64,000 nt of DNA from an uncultured Bacteroidales bacterium (GCA_964649975.1 CAZYSM010000009.1:478-64477), one strand, 5' to 3'. Shown: positions 38,863 to 50,174, counted from the stretch's first letter. The notes: a model not told the origin generated them from the letters alone. Program-made: numbers and translations.

Positions 38863-38886
38863 GTTTTCATAAAAAACTTAAATTAC

Positions 38887-38917
38887 TTGACTTTACAGTG
38901 GTAAGCTTTTATCTTTG
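38887..38917 (+). promoter_or_regulatory. Bacteroidota-type promoter of the pseudouridine synthase gene
   Basis: TTG (38887), 20 nt, TATCTTTG (38910-38917). Confidence 0.6.
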
Positions 38918-38959
38918 CCATCCGAAATCCCGTCGTGAAGACGGCAAAATTGTAAAATT

Positions 38960-39805
38960 ATGAAGAGACAAAAGAAAAATTTTAAGCAACAATCTAAAAA
39001 TTCTACTCGCCCTAAAAGCTCCAAAGCTGATAAAAAAACTGTTGGTGACCAGGAGCTCATCCGTTTGAACAAGTTTATTGCCCATTCAGGTATTGCCTCC
39101 CGACGTAAGGCTGATGAGCTTATCCAGGCTGGATATATCACAGTGAACGGAAAAGTAATTACTGAGCTGGGATATAAAATCCGGCCCACGGATGATGTAC
39201 GTTTTAAAGGAAAAAAACTTACAGGTGAGCGTCCGGTATATATCGTAATGAATAAACCCAAGGATGTGATAACAACGGCTTATGACCCTCAGGGACGCCG
39301 TACCGTGATTGATTTGCTCGGTGGTAAGGTTAAAGAACGTGTGTATCCAGTAGGGCGCCTTGACCGCAATACTACTGGTGTGTTGCTATTGACCAATGAT
39401 GGAGAAATTACACGTAAGCTTACCCATCCCAGCAGTAAAGTGCCTAAGGTTTATATCGCTACTCTTAACCGTCCTTTGAAAAAGCGTGATTTGGATAGGT
39501 TGGTGGAAGGTATAGATCTGGAAGATGGCCGGATTTATGCTGATAGTGCTGCTTATGTTGATCCGGATGACAGGAAAAAGGTAGGTATAGAAATACATAG
39601 CGGAAAATATCATATTGTCCGCCGTATGTTTGCTGCAATGGGATACAAAGTCATCAAGCTTGATAGAATAAAGTTTGCTTTTCTGGATAAAAAAGACCTT
39701 CCACGGGGGCAGTGGCGTTATCTAACACCTAAGGAAATTGGTTTCCTCAAGATGATAGCAGGCCAGCAGCCTGTCAGTTTAAAGGAAAAAGCCAAAAAGC
39801 AATAA
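38960..39805 (+). CDS. rRNA pseudouridine synthase, RsuA/RluB family with S4 domain
   Basis: RLNKFIAHSGIASRRKAD (S4), NKPK, PVGRLDRNTTG (catalytic Asp), GK.HIVRRMF. Confidence 0.93.
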   Translation: MKRQKKNFKQQSKNSTRPKSSKADKKTVGDQELIRLNKFIAHSGIASRRKADELIQAGYITVNGKVITELGYKIRPTDDVRFKGKKLTGERPVYIVMNKPKDVITTAYDPQGRRTVIDLLGGKVKERVYPVGRLDRNTTGVLLLTNDGEITRKLTHPSSKVPKVYIATLNRPLKKRDLDRLVEGIDLEDGRIYADSAAYVDPDDRKKVGIEIHSGKYHIVRRMFAAMGYKVIKLDRIKFAFLDKKDLPRGQWRYLTPKEIGFLKMIAGQQPVSLKEKAKKQ

Positions 39806-39836
39806 GACATATCCGGTTGCTAAGCCCTGATTTTTT

Positions 39837-39872
39837 ACGATCCGCCCTGCGATATGGGGCGGATCGTTTTTT
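39837..39872. terminator. Terminator between convergent genes
   Basis: ACGATCCGCCC/GGGCGGATCGT stem followed by a T-run. Confidence 0.8.
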
Positions 39873-42800
39873 ATTTTTTGATGAATTTAGCTTTGTATAT
39901 GCCTCCTTGGGTTTTTATTTCTAATATGTATAATCCACTAGCAAGGTTCTGTGTGTTTATAGTAAATGTTTTCCCGGAGAATTTTTGATTAATAGGATAT
40001 TGTTTCCCTGAGGCATCGGTTAATGCTATTTTATTAATTGTTTCCTGACCATTATAAGTTACTGTTATGTAATTATATGCGGGATTTGGATACAGGACAA
40101 TGGTCTTTTTCCCGTCAGACGGTTCTATCTGGTTAATTGCTTGTTTTTGTACTATGATATAGAAGTTCGTTTGAGCTTGAGATCCATATGGATCTTTAGC
40201 TGAAATACTCATTTTATAGGTGCCAATATCACTTTCTTTTGGAGTTAGAGTAAGCATTAAAGGATCTTTTGTAATTCTGATGAATTCTGGAATGGAAGAA
40301 CCATCAGCCATATTTATTTTATACAATAGTTTGTTGCTATCGGGATCCTCAAATATTTGAGGTATTTTATATTTATAGCTTTCTCCTGTAAATACAATTA
40401 TATCAGGAATTTTTCCGACCACTTTTGGAGTATCATTAGATTTTTGTATGGTTATAGTAATATCTCCTTGTCCCTGTGCATTAAACCTGTCGTTTGCGAT
40501 AATTTTAAAGTTATATTTGCCAACTTTTGAAGGAATACCCGAAAATGTTTTTGACGAATCGTTATATATTAGCCATTGTGGGAGTAGTGAAAATGTAGTA
40601 TCAACAATTTTATCATTGTAGTCGGGATCATACATTGGTGGTAATGAAAATTTTATTTGTTGGTTAACCAGGCCAAATATTTCTTTATTTGCAATTATTG
40701 GAGCATGGTTTAATGTAAAGTGTAATATAAATCTATCATTGAAATGTCCCTGCGAAGTAACAAAGGTATATGATTGTTTTTTTAAGTTTATAATAGTATC
40801 TTTTACTTTGTCCTCCAGATAAATATTATTAACCTGGTCAAAGTCATCAGCATTTAATCTGATTGTTAAAGTATCATCCGGTGATGTATATCCCAGGAAT
40901 ATATCTGTATAATCTGTTTGTGGATTATCCGAGGCAATGGCCATAGAGTATTGTTTATCAGGAGTTAAGAAAAATAATGTAACATTATATTTATCTGTAA
41001 ATTTCTTGATAGCATCATATTTTTTATCAAAGAATTTTGTTGCATCATCAACTAATCTATATATAATTTCATCCTGATTATTTTTGTCGCTGATTGATAA
41101 TTTAAACATATTTTTTGACCTGGTTGTAGATTTCTTATAGAATGCCTGGTTTCCGTGTACGCAGTATTGAGGACTTATTATTATCTGTGTCCCATCGGTA
41201 TATGCTTTAACAAAGAAAGCCTGGCCCATAGGTACTATATTTGTGGCATTATTAGTACCTACCCCTGTTGCTGTTCCATTACTCGCAACATAATATCGAT
41301 AGTTGGATTGTTGTCCAGTTTTAGAAGCATCATCAAAGAAGTAAAAGGCCATTTCTACATCTCCATTCTGGAAAGCAGGCTGATTTACCAGCTGATCCAG
41401 GTCAAGAGAGCATGGATAGGGATTACTGATTAAATTCCATCCTTCATAAGCTACGTCCGAAGAAGGAGTGTTATGTAATGTTATTGTATATGAACCTGTA
41501 TTTAAAGTATCCTGGTAATTAATTGTGGTTTCGTAATAATAGTAAGCATAGCCTATGGCAGAGAATAAAGTATCTTTTTGATATTTTATCCAGGGTGAGT
41601 AGTCTGATAGCCCCTGCCATGATTTTGTTGCATCCCATACATAAAAGTTGTTAGTATTAAAAAGGTTAATATTCGCACCTTTTACTGGAGGTCCAATATA
41701 ATGCCATTGGGTTCCGGTAAGATAACGTTCTACCGTGGCCCTTACGTTAGGAGTATTCTGTATTAATGAACCATCCCCGGAGCTGGTAGATTTTATGGTT
41801 AAGCCATTGATACCTTCTTTGTTAATTGTTTTTCCGTTGACAGTAAGAGCTTTCCCTTCCGGTATTACAAGAGAGGAGGTGTTGATTATAAGGTTTTCTG
41901 TATAAGTAGGGTTGTTTGCGTCTCCTGTTATATACTTATTGCCAGTTCCTTCAAGGATTAAGTTTCCGTATTTCCAGTTATAGATGTTTTGATTGGCTGA
42001 TCCGTTATATTTAACATAAGAAGTTGCTGCAAGGGATACTGTATTAGCCGAAATATTACCAGAATTAATTTTAATTAATGATTTTCCGCTGGCAGATAAA
42101 TTAGCTGCTGAGACACTACCTCCTTCCATGCTAACAATAGCGGAGTCAGTGCTGTTTTCTCCTATAATTAACGAAGTGGAAACATTGAAATTACCTCCGG
42201 AGGAAATGGTTAGTTGAGCTTTATCCTGTAAAGTGATAGATTTTACTTGTATAGCAGAGTTGATATTCGGATAATTAGGACAACCTGACGGTATTATGAC
42301 ATCATCATCAGAAGAAGGAATAATGTTGTTTTGCCAGTTAGATGCATTATTCCAGTTTTGGTCTACTGAACCTGTCCATACAATATTTATGACTTGTGAT
42401 TTAGAGGCTTGTGGGGTATTTCCGTATGCTCCCAGATTTATTCTATTTCCGCTTTGTGGTTCCATGAAGTAGTCGGAAGCAGGATCTCCTGCGTCAATAC
42501 CTGGTGATGTGGCGGCGTCAGTTGTCCACGAGCCATTATTTGCCGTTAATGGTGGCCATTCTCCACTGTGGTATGAACCGTAAACTGATTGTATATGGAA
42601 GTCGCGGGCAGTGGTATCAACGAATAACGGGTTAGAAGAAATATCATTTGTGCCGGCATTTGTCCAGTCTGCCAACGAAGTGATATTATTTCCGTTTTCC
42701 TTTATTAGGTTTGTATTTCCCCAAGAATAATAGAGGTTATAATCGCTGGTATATGATGCATTATTTTCTATTTGGATGGCAACATAATCGCCATTATTTT

Positions 42801-45800
42801 TAGATGTGAATATATTATTACGGATATTGTATCCGCTACCAGAGAGTAGGTGCAGGCCAGCCCCATATTGTCCACTGATCCCAGTCTGATCGCCTGTGAC
42901 TTTATAATCATCGGCTATCCACCAGTAGCTTGTAGAACCTTGTCCTGACACATTTATTACATATCGTATATACAAGCTATCACTACCTGGGGTGATACCA
43001 GAAGCTTCTCCATAAGTATATTGTCCCACATCTCCTGATAAATCAAGGAAAGTAGTCCAGTTTGTATTATCAAAGCTATATTCTGCTTTAATGTACTCAC
43101 TGCTAAGCATATATCCATCATTTCTCCCCCATGTAGATATGGTAAGATTGGTATATCCAGATACATCAATTGCATATTTTTTATAAATAGTATTGTCAGT
43201 ATATGAACCAATTGAATGTGTAGGACTTACATAATAATTGGGCGACCCAGAATAATCTATTATACTGCCTCCAGAATTTGTCTGATACCAACCTGGTGCT
43301 CCGCTTGTTTCAAAATCTTCATAATATATTGTGACATTTTTTAAGGCAACAACATTATGTCCATTGCCATAAGTTGTGTTATTTATTACAGATGTGTTAT
43401 CAGAGGCCTCTATTTTAATACCATCTCCATAATTATCATAAATGAGATTATTTAAAATTTGCGAGTTAGAAGCATTTTTGAGATATATTCCATCGCCATC
43501 AGATGTATTTGTAATGCGATTATATTTTATGATATTGTAAGTTCCCTGAGAATAGATGTCTGCTGTAGTAGCATTTTTGATGTCAAACCCGGAGAATTCG
43601 CAGTAATTTAAAGAGTTATTAATTCCATAGTTCAAGCCAGTTGCGTCAATAGTAGGATGTTCTCCATTGGCAGCACGTATAATTAAATAATGGTTTGCAT
43701 CAGGATTTAGTCCTGTTGGTGGCGTTATAGTTTCCTGATAAGTACCATTATATACTTCAATAACTTTGGCCGTATCAAAAGCATTACTCTGCCACCAAGA
43801 AGAAAGTCCGTTTAGTGCAGATGTTATGGATGGATGCATATCTGTGCCGGTACCTACAGGAATAATATTTCTGGTTTTTACATTAAAAGTATATGAGGTC
43901 GTGCCACCATTATTTGTAACTTCAAGGTTAGATCCAGAGTAAGGAGCAGGATTGAAAGTAGCTGTTATTGTATTACTATTAACAACTGTATAATTTGCAG
44001 CGTCAATACCACCAAGTTTTACTGATGTAATGTTATTGAAATAATTTCCATTTATTGTTATCGTACCTCCTAGATCTGCATAGATATATGAAGGTGAAAC
44101 AGAAGTTATTTGAGGATCATGAATTAGAGTAGTTGAACTTGCAGTTGCACCTGGTATTAGATAACAGTTGTCCACAGTATTATATTCATAAATTGCTACG
44201 TAATATTGTTGACCTTCTTGCAGTCCGGTTACTGTAACTGAATTGCCACTTCCGTTATATACTACATAGTTTCCTGCACCGATTTGGTCTCCGTTTCCAA
44301 AAGTAGAATTGGCATTATATGTATTTCCTGATACAGGATCTGTATTTACATTACTTCCCTGTCTCATGACAACCAGTACTGCATCTCCTGTTCCTCGTGT
44401 CCACTGTATTGTCATAGAGTTGTAGTCTGGGGTAAATTGTATGTTTGAAGCTTGAGTGGAAGGCGGGGTGCATACCTGGTCCCCCCAGATACTAAAGTCA
44501 TCTATGGCTATATCGCCTGCATAGTTATTACCTGTGGTGGAAGCTATACGTATTATTACATCGGGTTGTTGGTCTATAGCTGATAAATTGGCAGAAGCTT
44601 TAAACCAGCTGCTCCCCTGATTTCCAGAAATTGTGGTGGAGCTATTGCCTGTACTTTGCCAGGTAACGTTTAAGTCTGTCCAGGTATTTCCTCCATCAGT
44701 AGAATAAGAAACAGGACCTAATGTACCGCAATCTGATCCATTCATACAATAGTAAAATTCCATCTGGCAGTTTTGCCAGTTTTGTAGGTTGAAGTGAGGG
44801 GTTAGAAGATATACGTTTATATTATAAGCTCCAGAAACTTCGGTATATAGATATTTTCCTGTTCCTGAGGTATGGTCGCCGTTAGGACCTGTACCGGAAG
44901 AAGGGGTTTCTCCTTGATTAACACTCCAATCAAGATTACTTTCTGTCTCATCATTAGTCCAGCATTGTTCCAGGTTGACAGATGTTCCGCTATATCCTAT
45001 ACTGAGAGAAAAATCATCAAATGTTTGTGTGTATGGTAATTGATTATTCCATACGTTGATGGTAAGTTTCAGTGTGTCGTTATTTTGATTCTGGTCATTT
45101 CCTCCGTTTATGTTGTAAATATAGGCTTTTAGGCTATGTGTACCATATGTAAGAGTTATTGGACTAAAACTTACATTTACACTTTGCCCCTGGGATAATG
45201 TACCTGTCCAATTTTTTGTTTGTATTGCACCTCCGTCTATTTGATAAGCTATGGTAAAACTTGTAATATCCTGATTACCTATACCACTTATTTGAAATGA
45301 TGGTGTAATGGAGGTTTCATCACAATATTGATCAGCAGGTTCTATAATTTTTGATAAGGCAGCATCAAGATTCGGTGGTTGATAGCAATCAGATACCCAT
45401 ATACCACGTCCATATGTGGATGCGAATAATTTGGTATTAGCCGGATTATTGTTGTCATAATGAAAATCAAGGTCTGTAATTGAGACAAATGGAATACCTG
45501 TATTGAAAAGTTGCCATGGATTATTGCCATATTTTACCCATATTCCTGCGTCTGTGCCGACGTAAACTTCATATACCGAAGTATTTTGTTTATTAATGGC
45601 TATAGCACCTGCTGGTACAGGAGGGAGACCATCAGATATATTTTGCCAAGTTTGGCCTCCATCAAATGTTTCATACACTACATTATTATCATAGCTGCCC
45701 ATACATACATAAACATGGTTATAGTCGTTAGGGTCTATAGCTATATCCGTGACTTCATTAGGAGGTAAACCATTATCACTGACTTTAACATAGTTATGGC

Positions 45801-47763
45801 CCGTATTGTCAGAACGCCAGACTCCAGAGGGACTTGATGCCCATATAACCAGATTATTACCATCGTTATATACGTCCAATGCAGTCATATAATTAGTTCC
45901 GTCCAGGGCTGTTCCTGTCATATCAGTATTTTGGCTTCCGACGTATTTTTCTACTCTGTCGGTTCCTATGTATATAGTGTTTGGTTCTCGTGGGTCAGCC
46001 TGGAGAGGTCCTGCCCATTGGGCATTACCGCTAGCGCGTATAGATTGAGGAGAAGAAGCCCATTTATCAGTTGTATAGTCAATTTGGAGGCGGACGTAAG
46101 TGCCCCATTGAACATTATCATCTGTGGGATCAATGTCACAGTTCATTCCGTCACCGCCTTTAACATCCTGCCACAATGACGCTCCAGCATCTAATAATTT
46201 AGTTCCATTATCTTGTAAGCCAGCAATTACTTCGTCTGCTACGTTATCAGCTACGCCTATTCCATATACTTGTCCGTTTACAAGTCCGGCAGTAATATTA
46301 GTCCAATTGCTATTTTTACCAGCAGTTGGATTATCTGAATATTGTATTCCTCCATCGTTTACGTCAAATAAACGGTTATCCGAAGGACGGAAATATGCGT
46401 TATGATGGTCGGCATGTATAACAGGTGCACCGACAGTATTATAATAGCTATCAGAAGTCCAGCAAGTAACAGGGTTAAAGCTATTTCCTCCATCGGTGGA
46501 TATCCAGGAGTTTACCCCGCCGACATACAAAACATCCGGGTTTGTATTGGATACTGCCAGAGCTACGTCATAGAAAGCCTGTCCTCCTTGACTAACAGTT
46601 CCTCTCGTGTCCCAAGAATATAAGTTATGATTGTTTGCCTGGCCATCCCATACCATTGTCCATGATTGGCCACCGTCAGTTGATTTATAAATACCGTATA
46701 ATCCCATGTCAGATGCATTGCCAGTAATTATATAAGCTCTATTAGGGTCGCTGGGAGCGATAGCTACGTCACATCGGAATTCCGAAGAGCTACCATTGAA
46801 AGTTGCGTTCCATGTCTCTCCATCGTCTGTTGAAAGAAAGGCTTTGGGGGCAGTTCCGTAAGTTGTAGCAATAAGATGCCCTGGATTATTATTTGCTGTG
46901 GAATTAGGTATTAGCTCCATATCAATGAAGTTTCCACTTTGTTTAAGAGTCCAGGAGTTTCCAGCATCAGTAGATTTGTATATACCTACAGAAGTAGCAG
47001 CCCAGATGGTATTTTTATCATTGGGGTCAATAATAATACGGCTTACTTTAACCTGTTCTTTGGGTTTGAAAGACAGACCTGTTTTTACCCATGTTTGTCC
47101 TCCATCAGTAGTTTTAAGAATACCTATTGAAGGATCATCAAGGGCATCCCTGTCTCCAGTAGCAATATATATTACAGGGTTTGTAGTAGCATCATAATCC
47201 GGGGGTAGAGCAATGTCACTCACACCAAGTATTTGGTTATTATCAGTTAAGCATGTCCATGTTTGTCCTCCATCTGTTGTTTCCCATACACCGCCTGCCG
47301 GGGCTCCTATCCAGAAATGTAAGTCGTTATTGGGATCAAAGGCAGCGCAGTTTATACGTCCTGTTCCTCTGTCGTTAAGGTCTATGTTAGCTGGGCCCAA
47401 AGATTGCCAGGTGCCGCCAACGGATTTTATTCCTTGAGATTGCATTTGTTTTATTACATCAAAGGCAAGATAATCTGGAAACTCTTTAGTTATAGGATTA
47501 ACTCTTGATTTCCAATACCATTCCCATCTTTTAAATTGAAAATAGCCCGGAATAGATTCTTCGTTTAATTCATTGCCTTTTTTGAGTAGGTAGGGATGTA
47601 ATTCTTTATAGTCTTTTACATATCTACTAAAAGCCTGTCGGAAATCAGTCAGTGTATATGTCTCTTTTTTAGGAAGGTATTTGAGCCATGGCTGTGCATA
47701 GCTATCTACAAAAAATAAAATAAAAATTATTCCAGTAAGAATTATTTTAATTTTTCGTCCCAT
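39871..47763 (-). CDS. 2630-aa T9SS-secreted multidomain protein (BNR/VPS10-like propellers, MAM, FN3, IPT/TIG, beta-helix, cadherin/He_PIG-like, CTD)
   Basis: Signal peptide; many [ST].DGG.[ST]W Asp-boxes; TPSSGTGPNGDHTSGTGKYLYTE...GDIAIDD (MAM); C-terminal LYPNPA...LASGLYIL...KFIKK. Confidence 0.92.
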   Translation of the reverse strand: MGRKIKIILTGIIFILFFVDSYAQPWLKYLPKKETYTLTDFRQAFSRYVKDYKELHPYLLKKGNELNEESIPGYFQFKRWEWYWKSRVNPITKEFPDYLAFDVIKQMQSQGIKSVGGTWQSLGPANIDLNDRGTGRINCAAFDPNNDLHFWIGAPAGGVWETTDGGQTWTCLTDNNQILGVSDIALPPDYDATTNPVIYIATGDRDALDDPSIGILKTTDGGQTWVKTGLSFKPKEQVKVSRIIIDPNDKNTIWAATSVGIYKSTDAGNSWTLKQSGNFIDMELIPNSTANNNPGHLIATTYGTAPKAFLSTDDGETWNATFNGSSSEFRCDVAIAPSDPNRAYIITGNASDMGLYGIYKSTDGGQSWTMVWDGQANNHNLYSWDTRGTVSQGGQAFYDVALAVSNTNPDVLYVGGVNSWISTDGGNSFNPVTCWTSDSYYNTVGAPVIHADHHNAYFRPSDNRLFDVNDGGIQYSDNPTAGKNSNWTNITAGLVNGQVYGIGVADNVADEVIAGLQDNGTKLLDAGASLWQDVKGGDGMNCDIDPTDDNVQWGTYVRLQIDYTTDKWASSPQSIRASGNAQWAGPLQADPREPNTIYIGTDRVEKYVGSQNTDMTGTALDGTNYMTALDVYNDGNNLVIWASSPSGVWRSDNTGHNYVKVSDNGLPPNEVTDIAIDPNDYNHVYVCMGSYDNNVVYETFDGGQTWQNISDGLPPVPAGAIAINKQNTSVYEVYVGTDAGIWVKYGNNPWQLFNTGIPFVSITDLDFHYDNNNPANTKLFASTYGRGIWVSDCYQPPNLDAALSKIIEPADQYCDETSITPSFQISGIGNQDITSFTIAYQIDGGAIQTKNWTGTLSQGQSVNVSFSPITLTYGTHSLKAYIYNINGGNDQNQNNDTLKLTINVWNNQLPYTQTFDDFSLSIGYSGTSVNLEQCWTNDETESNLDWSVNQGETPSSGTGPNGDHTSGTGKYLYTEVSGAYNINVYLLTPHFNLQNWQNCQMEFYYCMNGSDCGTLGPVSYSTDGGNTWTDLNVTWQSTGNSSTTISGNQGSSWFKASANLSAIDQQPDVIIRIASTTGNNYAGDIAIDDFSIWGDQVCTPPSTQASNIQFTPDYNSMTIQWTRGTGDAVLVVMRQGSNVNTDPVSGNTYNANSTFGNGDQIGAGNYVVYNGSGNSVTVTGLQEGQQYYVAIYEYNTVDNCYLIPGATASSTTLIHDPQITSVSPSYIYADLGGTITINGNYFNNITSVKLGGIDAANYTVVNSNTITATFNPAPYSGSNLEVTNNGGTTSYTFNVKTRNIIPVGTGTDMHPSITSALNGLSSWWQSNAFDTAKVIEVYNGTYQETITPPTGLNPDANHYLIIRAANGEHPTIDATGLNYGINNSLNYCEFSGFDIKNATTADIYSQGTYNIIKYNRITNTSDGDGIYLKNASNSQILNNLIYDNYGDGIKIEASDNTSVINNTTYGNGHNVVALKNVTIYYEDFETSGAPGWYQTNSGGSIIDYSGSPNYYVSPTHSIGSYTDNTIYKKYAIDVSGYTNLTISTWGRNDGYMLSSEYIKAEYSFDNTNWTTFLDLSGDVGQYTYGEASGITPGSDSLYIRYVINVSGQGSTSYWWIADDYKVTGDQTGISGQYGAGLHLLSGSGYNIRNNIFTSKNNGDYVAIQIENNASYTSDYNLYYSWGNTNLIKENGNNITSLADWTNAGTNDISSNPLFVDTTARDFHIQSVYGSYHSGEWPPLTANNGSWTTDAATSPGIDAGDPASDYFMEPQSGNRINLGAYGNTPQASKSQVINIVWTGSVDQNWNNASNWQNNIIPSSDDDVIIPSGCPNYPNINSAIQVKSITLQDKAQLTISSGGNFNVSTSLIIGENSTDSAIVSMEGGSVSAANLSASGKSLIKINSGNISANTVSLAATSYVKYNGSANQNIYNWKYGNLILEGTGNKYITGDANNPTYTENLIINTSSLVIPEGKALTVNGKTINKEGINGLTIKSTSSGDGSLIQNTPNVRATVERYLTGTQWHYIGPPVKGANINLFNTNNFYVWDATKSWQGLSDYSPWIKYQKDTLFSAIGYAYYYYETTINYQDTLNTGSYTITLHNTPSSDVAYEGWNLISNPYPCSLDLDQLVNQPAFQNGDVEMAFYFFDDASKTGQQSNYRYYVASNGTATGVGTNNATNIVPMGQAFFVKAYTDGTQIIISPQYCVHGNQAFYKKSTTRSKNMFKLSISDKNNQDEIIYRLVDDATKFFDKKYDAIKKFTDKYNVTLFFLTPDKQYSMAIASDNPQTDYTDIFLGYTSPDDTLTIRLNADDFDQVNNIYLEDKVKDTIINLKKQSYTFVTSQGHFNDRFILHFTLNHAPIIANKEIFGLVNQQIKFSLPPMYDPDYNDKIVDTTFSLLPQWLIYNDSSKTFSGIPSKVGKYNFKIIANDRFNAQGQGDITITIQKSNDTPKVVGKIPDIIVFTGESYKYKIPQIFEDPDSNKLLYKINMADGSSIPEFIRITKDPLMLTLTPKESDIGTYKMSISAKDPYGSQAQTNFYIIVQKQAINQIEPSDGKKTIVLYPNPAYNYITVTYNGQETINKIALTDASGKQYPINQKFSGKTFTINTQNLASGLYILEIKTQGGIYKAKFIKK

Positions 47764-47881
47764 GGTTTGAATAGGTTAAATTTTGACGAAATTATTAATT
47801 TTATCTTTAATTTTACGAAAATAGTATGTTAAAAGTTTGTAGTTATCAGGATATTTTGTCAAGAAAGGCAGTTTTTACTGA

Positions 47882-50107
47882 TTATCTCCTTTGTCCGTTT
47901 TTCCATTTTTCTTCCGATATTTTATTGCCGGCTTTGTCGTAGAATATCCAGCGTCCGTGTTTCTGTCCATTTTTATATTTTCCCTGGACCTTTATCTTTC
48001 CGTCAGGGTAATAGATTGTTATATGTCCGTGTTTTTGTCCGTTTTTGTATTCTATTTTAGCTTTTATTTGTCCGGAAGGATAGTATTGCAATAGGACACC
48101 GTTTATTTTGTCATCTTTGATGTAGAATTCTGTTAGTTTGGAGTTAGCTTTGTTGTCGTAGAAGATTTGCACAATGCCGTTTAGTTTTCCGTCCTGGTCA
48201 AAGGCTTGTAGGGTTTTGATATTTCCGTCGGGATAAAAAGTTTTCCACAGTCCAAAAGGTTGGCCATTGCGTATTTCCCCCTGCATCATTGGTTGGGTAG
48301 TGTTTGGATAGTAGATGGTGATGTTTCCGTTGGTTGGCAGGCTGTCGTTGAGTTTGATTTTAAATTTCAGGCTATCTATTTGTTGTAGAATATTCTGTAT
48401 TTGTGCTTGTTTTTCTGTTTGTTTTATAATCAAATCCAGTTTTGCGTCCGGGTCGTAAACGGAGTTAATTTTTATTTTCATGTATTGCTTGTCTGCTATT
48501 AGTTGCAGACCATTGAGGCTGAAGCCTGTTATCAGGTCTTTGTTTTCCAGAAGGTTTTTCTTATCAGCCGGAGGGGCCAGAACGATCATATTTTTAAAAA
48601 GCAAGGGCATATTTATATAAGCATAGAGGGTGGAATTAGCAGAGAAATAAGACATAAAATCATTGAATTTCTCGTTATTAACAAGCGTATAGCCGTTGAG
48701 GTAATCGTCAATGACGTATTCCAGGGTTATTGGTGAATTGGAAAATACCACAAAGTTTTCAATTATGGTGAAATATGGTTTTTCTATCTGATTGAAAAGC
48801 TTTCCGAAGAATAGTTTGAAGAAGCCGTTTATTTTGAGGTATGAAATTTTGAAGCCTTTGTAATCAAATTCCTTGAATTTAAGTGGAGTAATTTTGTTTA
48901 TTTTGGAGGTGAGGTAATCCAGTTTTTCTTTTGCCAAAATGGGGTTGGATGTATGGATTGTTATAACAATGTCCTGCGCTCTTTTGCCATATTCTGGTGT
49001 GAGTTTATATAAAGCGATTTCTTTGCCTATCCAGCTGAATATATCCTGTTCAATATTGATGTTAAGAGTTTTTTTCAGGATGTTGACTGCTTTTTCCATT
49101 TCGTAGGCCTGGCGTGGGTCTTGCTTTTTTATTGTATTTAAGAGCTGGTGGTAGAATTTTGTATAATCATTAAAGCTCAGGGCAATTTCGGCTGCTGCCT
49201 GGTCCGACATAATGGTATAGCTTTTTAATTGTCCGGGTTTTAGGGTGTTTAAACCAGAGAAATATCCGTAAGAGGTGTCTATGGCAACACTGCCTTCCAG
49301 TGATAAAAGATTGTCTTTTATATTGAGGTTTAATACTGCATAGGTTAGTCCATTGGATAGTTCATTAATGAGCGGATCGTCGGCTATCTGGAACGTGCGG
49401 ATAAAGTCATCCAGTTCTCTGAAATTGACATATATTTTTAGCAGGGATGGGAAGTTTTCTTTTTGCAGTAAATCCATGAAGATAGGATTTTGTTTCCATA
49501 AATTTCTGGATAGGGCGGAAAGTGACGCCCTTATTATTGCTTTATTCATGCTAATAATCAATAGGTTATCTGTAATGCTGATATAAATTTTTTGATATTG
49601 GTCAGGCAAATACACCATTTTGTAAATAGTATAACTGTGTTTTTTATCCGGACTAAATTTTGTTTTAAATGTCTTGTAATCAGGGATATTATATAATGCC
49701 TGTTCAATGATATTGGAAGCTTTCCCCAGTTGTTTAATATCTACCACGTATAACATATCCCATTTTCCATCCATAACAACTATAGAAGCCAGCAGAGGGC
49801 GGTTATTAAAAAAATTTTTGGGCAGGGAAGTGCTACGGATATATTTATCAATGGTATTGAAATCCTCCTGTATGTCTGCAAAATATTTAGTTTTAACAAG
49901 GTATTGCCAGAGTTGGCTCCTGGATATATTGTCATAGGCTTTGTAAAGATCGTCTGTGCGGATAATGACAAAAGCATTGGAAGGTATGGCATTGAGCGCA
50001 GCTATCTGTTTCTGTTTCACAAAGTATTTGAGGTAAATGAAATATCCGCCTGCTGCCAGTAATACAAGCAAAAACAGAAAAAATATTATTTTAAACAATT
50101 TTTTCAT
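47882..50107 (-). CDS. DUF3352-like membrane-anchored protein with C-terminal MORN-variant repeats
   Basis: N-terminal TM, AIPSNA, DIFSWIGKEIA; C-terminal G.W..[FY]Y..G.IK....Y.NG repeats. Confidence 0.75.
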   Translation of the reverse strand: MKKLFKIIFFLFLLVLLAAGGYFIYLKYFVKQKQIAALNAIPSNAFVIIRTDDLYKAYDNISRSQLWQYLVKTKYFADIQEDFNTIDKYIRSTSLPKNFFNNRPLLASIVVMDGKWDMLYVVDIKQLGKASNIIEQALYNIPDYKTFKTKFSPDKKHSYTIYKMVYLPDQYQKIYISITDNLLIISMNKAIIRASLSALSRNLWKQNPIFMDLLQKENFPSLLKIYVNFRELDDFIRTFQIADDPLINELSNGLTYAVLNLNIKDNLLSLEGSVAIDTSYGYFSGLNTLKPGQLKSYTIMSDQAAAEIALSFNDYTKFYHQLLNTIKKQDPRQAYEMEKAVNILKKTLNINIEQDIFSWIGKEIALYKLTPEYGKRAQDIVITIHTSNPILAKEKLDYLTSKINKITPLKFKEFDYKGFKISYLKINGFFKLFFGKLFNQIEKPYFTIIENFVVFSNSPITLEYVIDDYLNGYTLVNNEKFNDFMSYFSANSTLYAYINMPLLFKNMIVLAPPADKKNLLENKDLITGFSLNGLQLIADKQYMKIKINSVYDPDAKLDLIIKQTEKQAQIQNILQQIDSLKFKIKLNDSLPTNGNITIYYPNTTQPMMQGEIRNGQPFGLWKTFYPDGNIKTLQAFDQDGKLNGIVQIFYDNKANSKLTEFYIKDDKINGVLLQYYPSGQIKAKIEYKNGQKHGHITIYYPDGKIKVQGKYKNGQKHGRWIFYDKAGNKISEEKWKNGQRR

Positions 50108-50174
50108 GGCTGGTAGCTTTTTGTTTACATTTTAAGTTTATTAATTTTAGAGTAAAATAAAAAATTTCAAAGCT

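Noticed and set aside
47890-48330. Short nucleotide repeats such as TGTCCGT(G/T)TTT
   Set aside because: They are explained by the MORN-variant protein repeats (KNGQKHG) encoded on the - strand.
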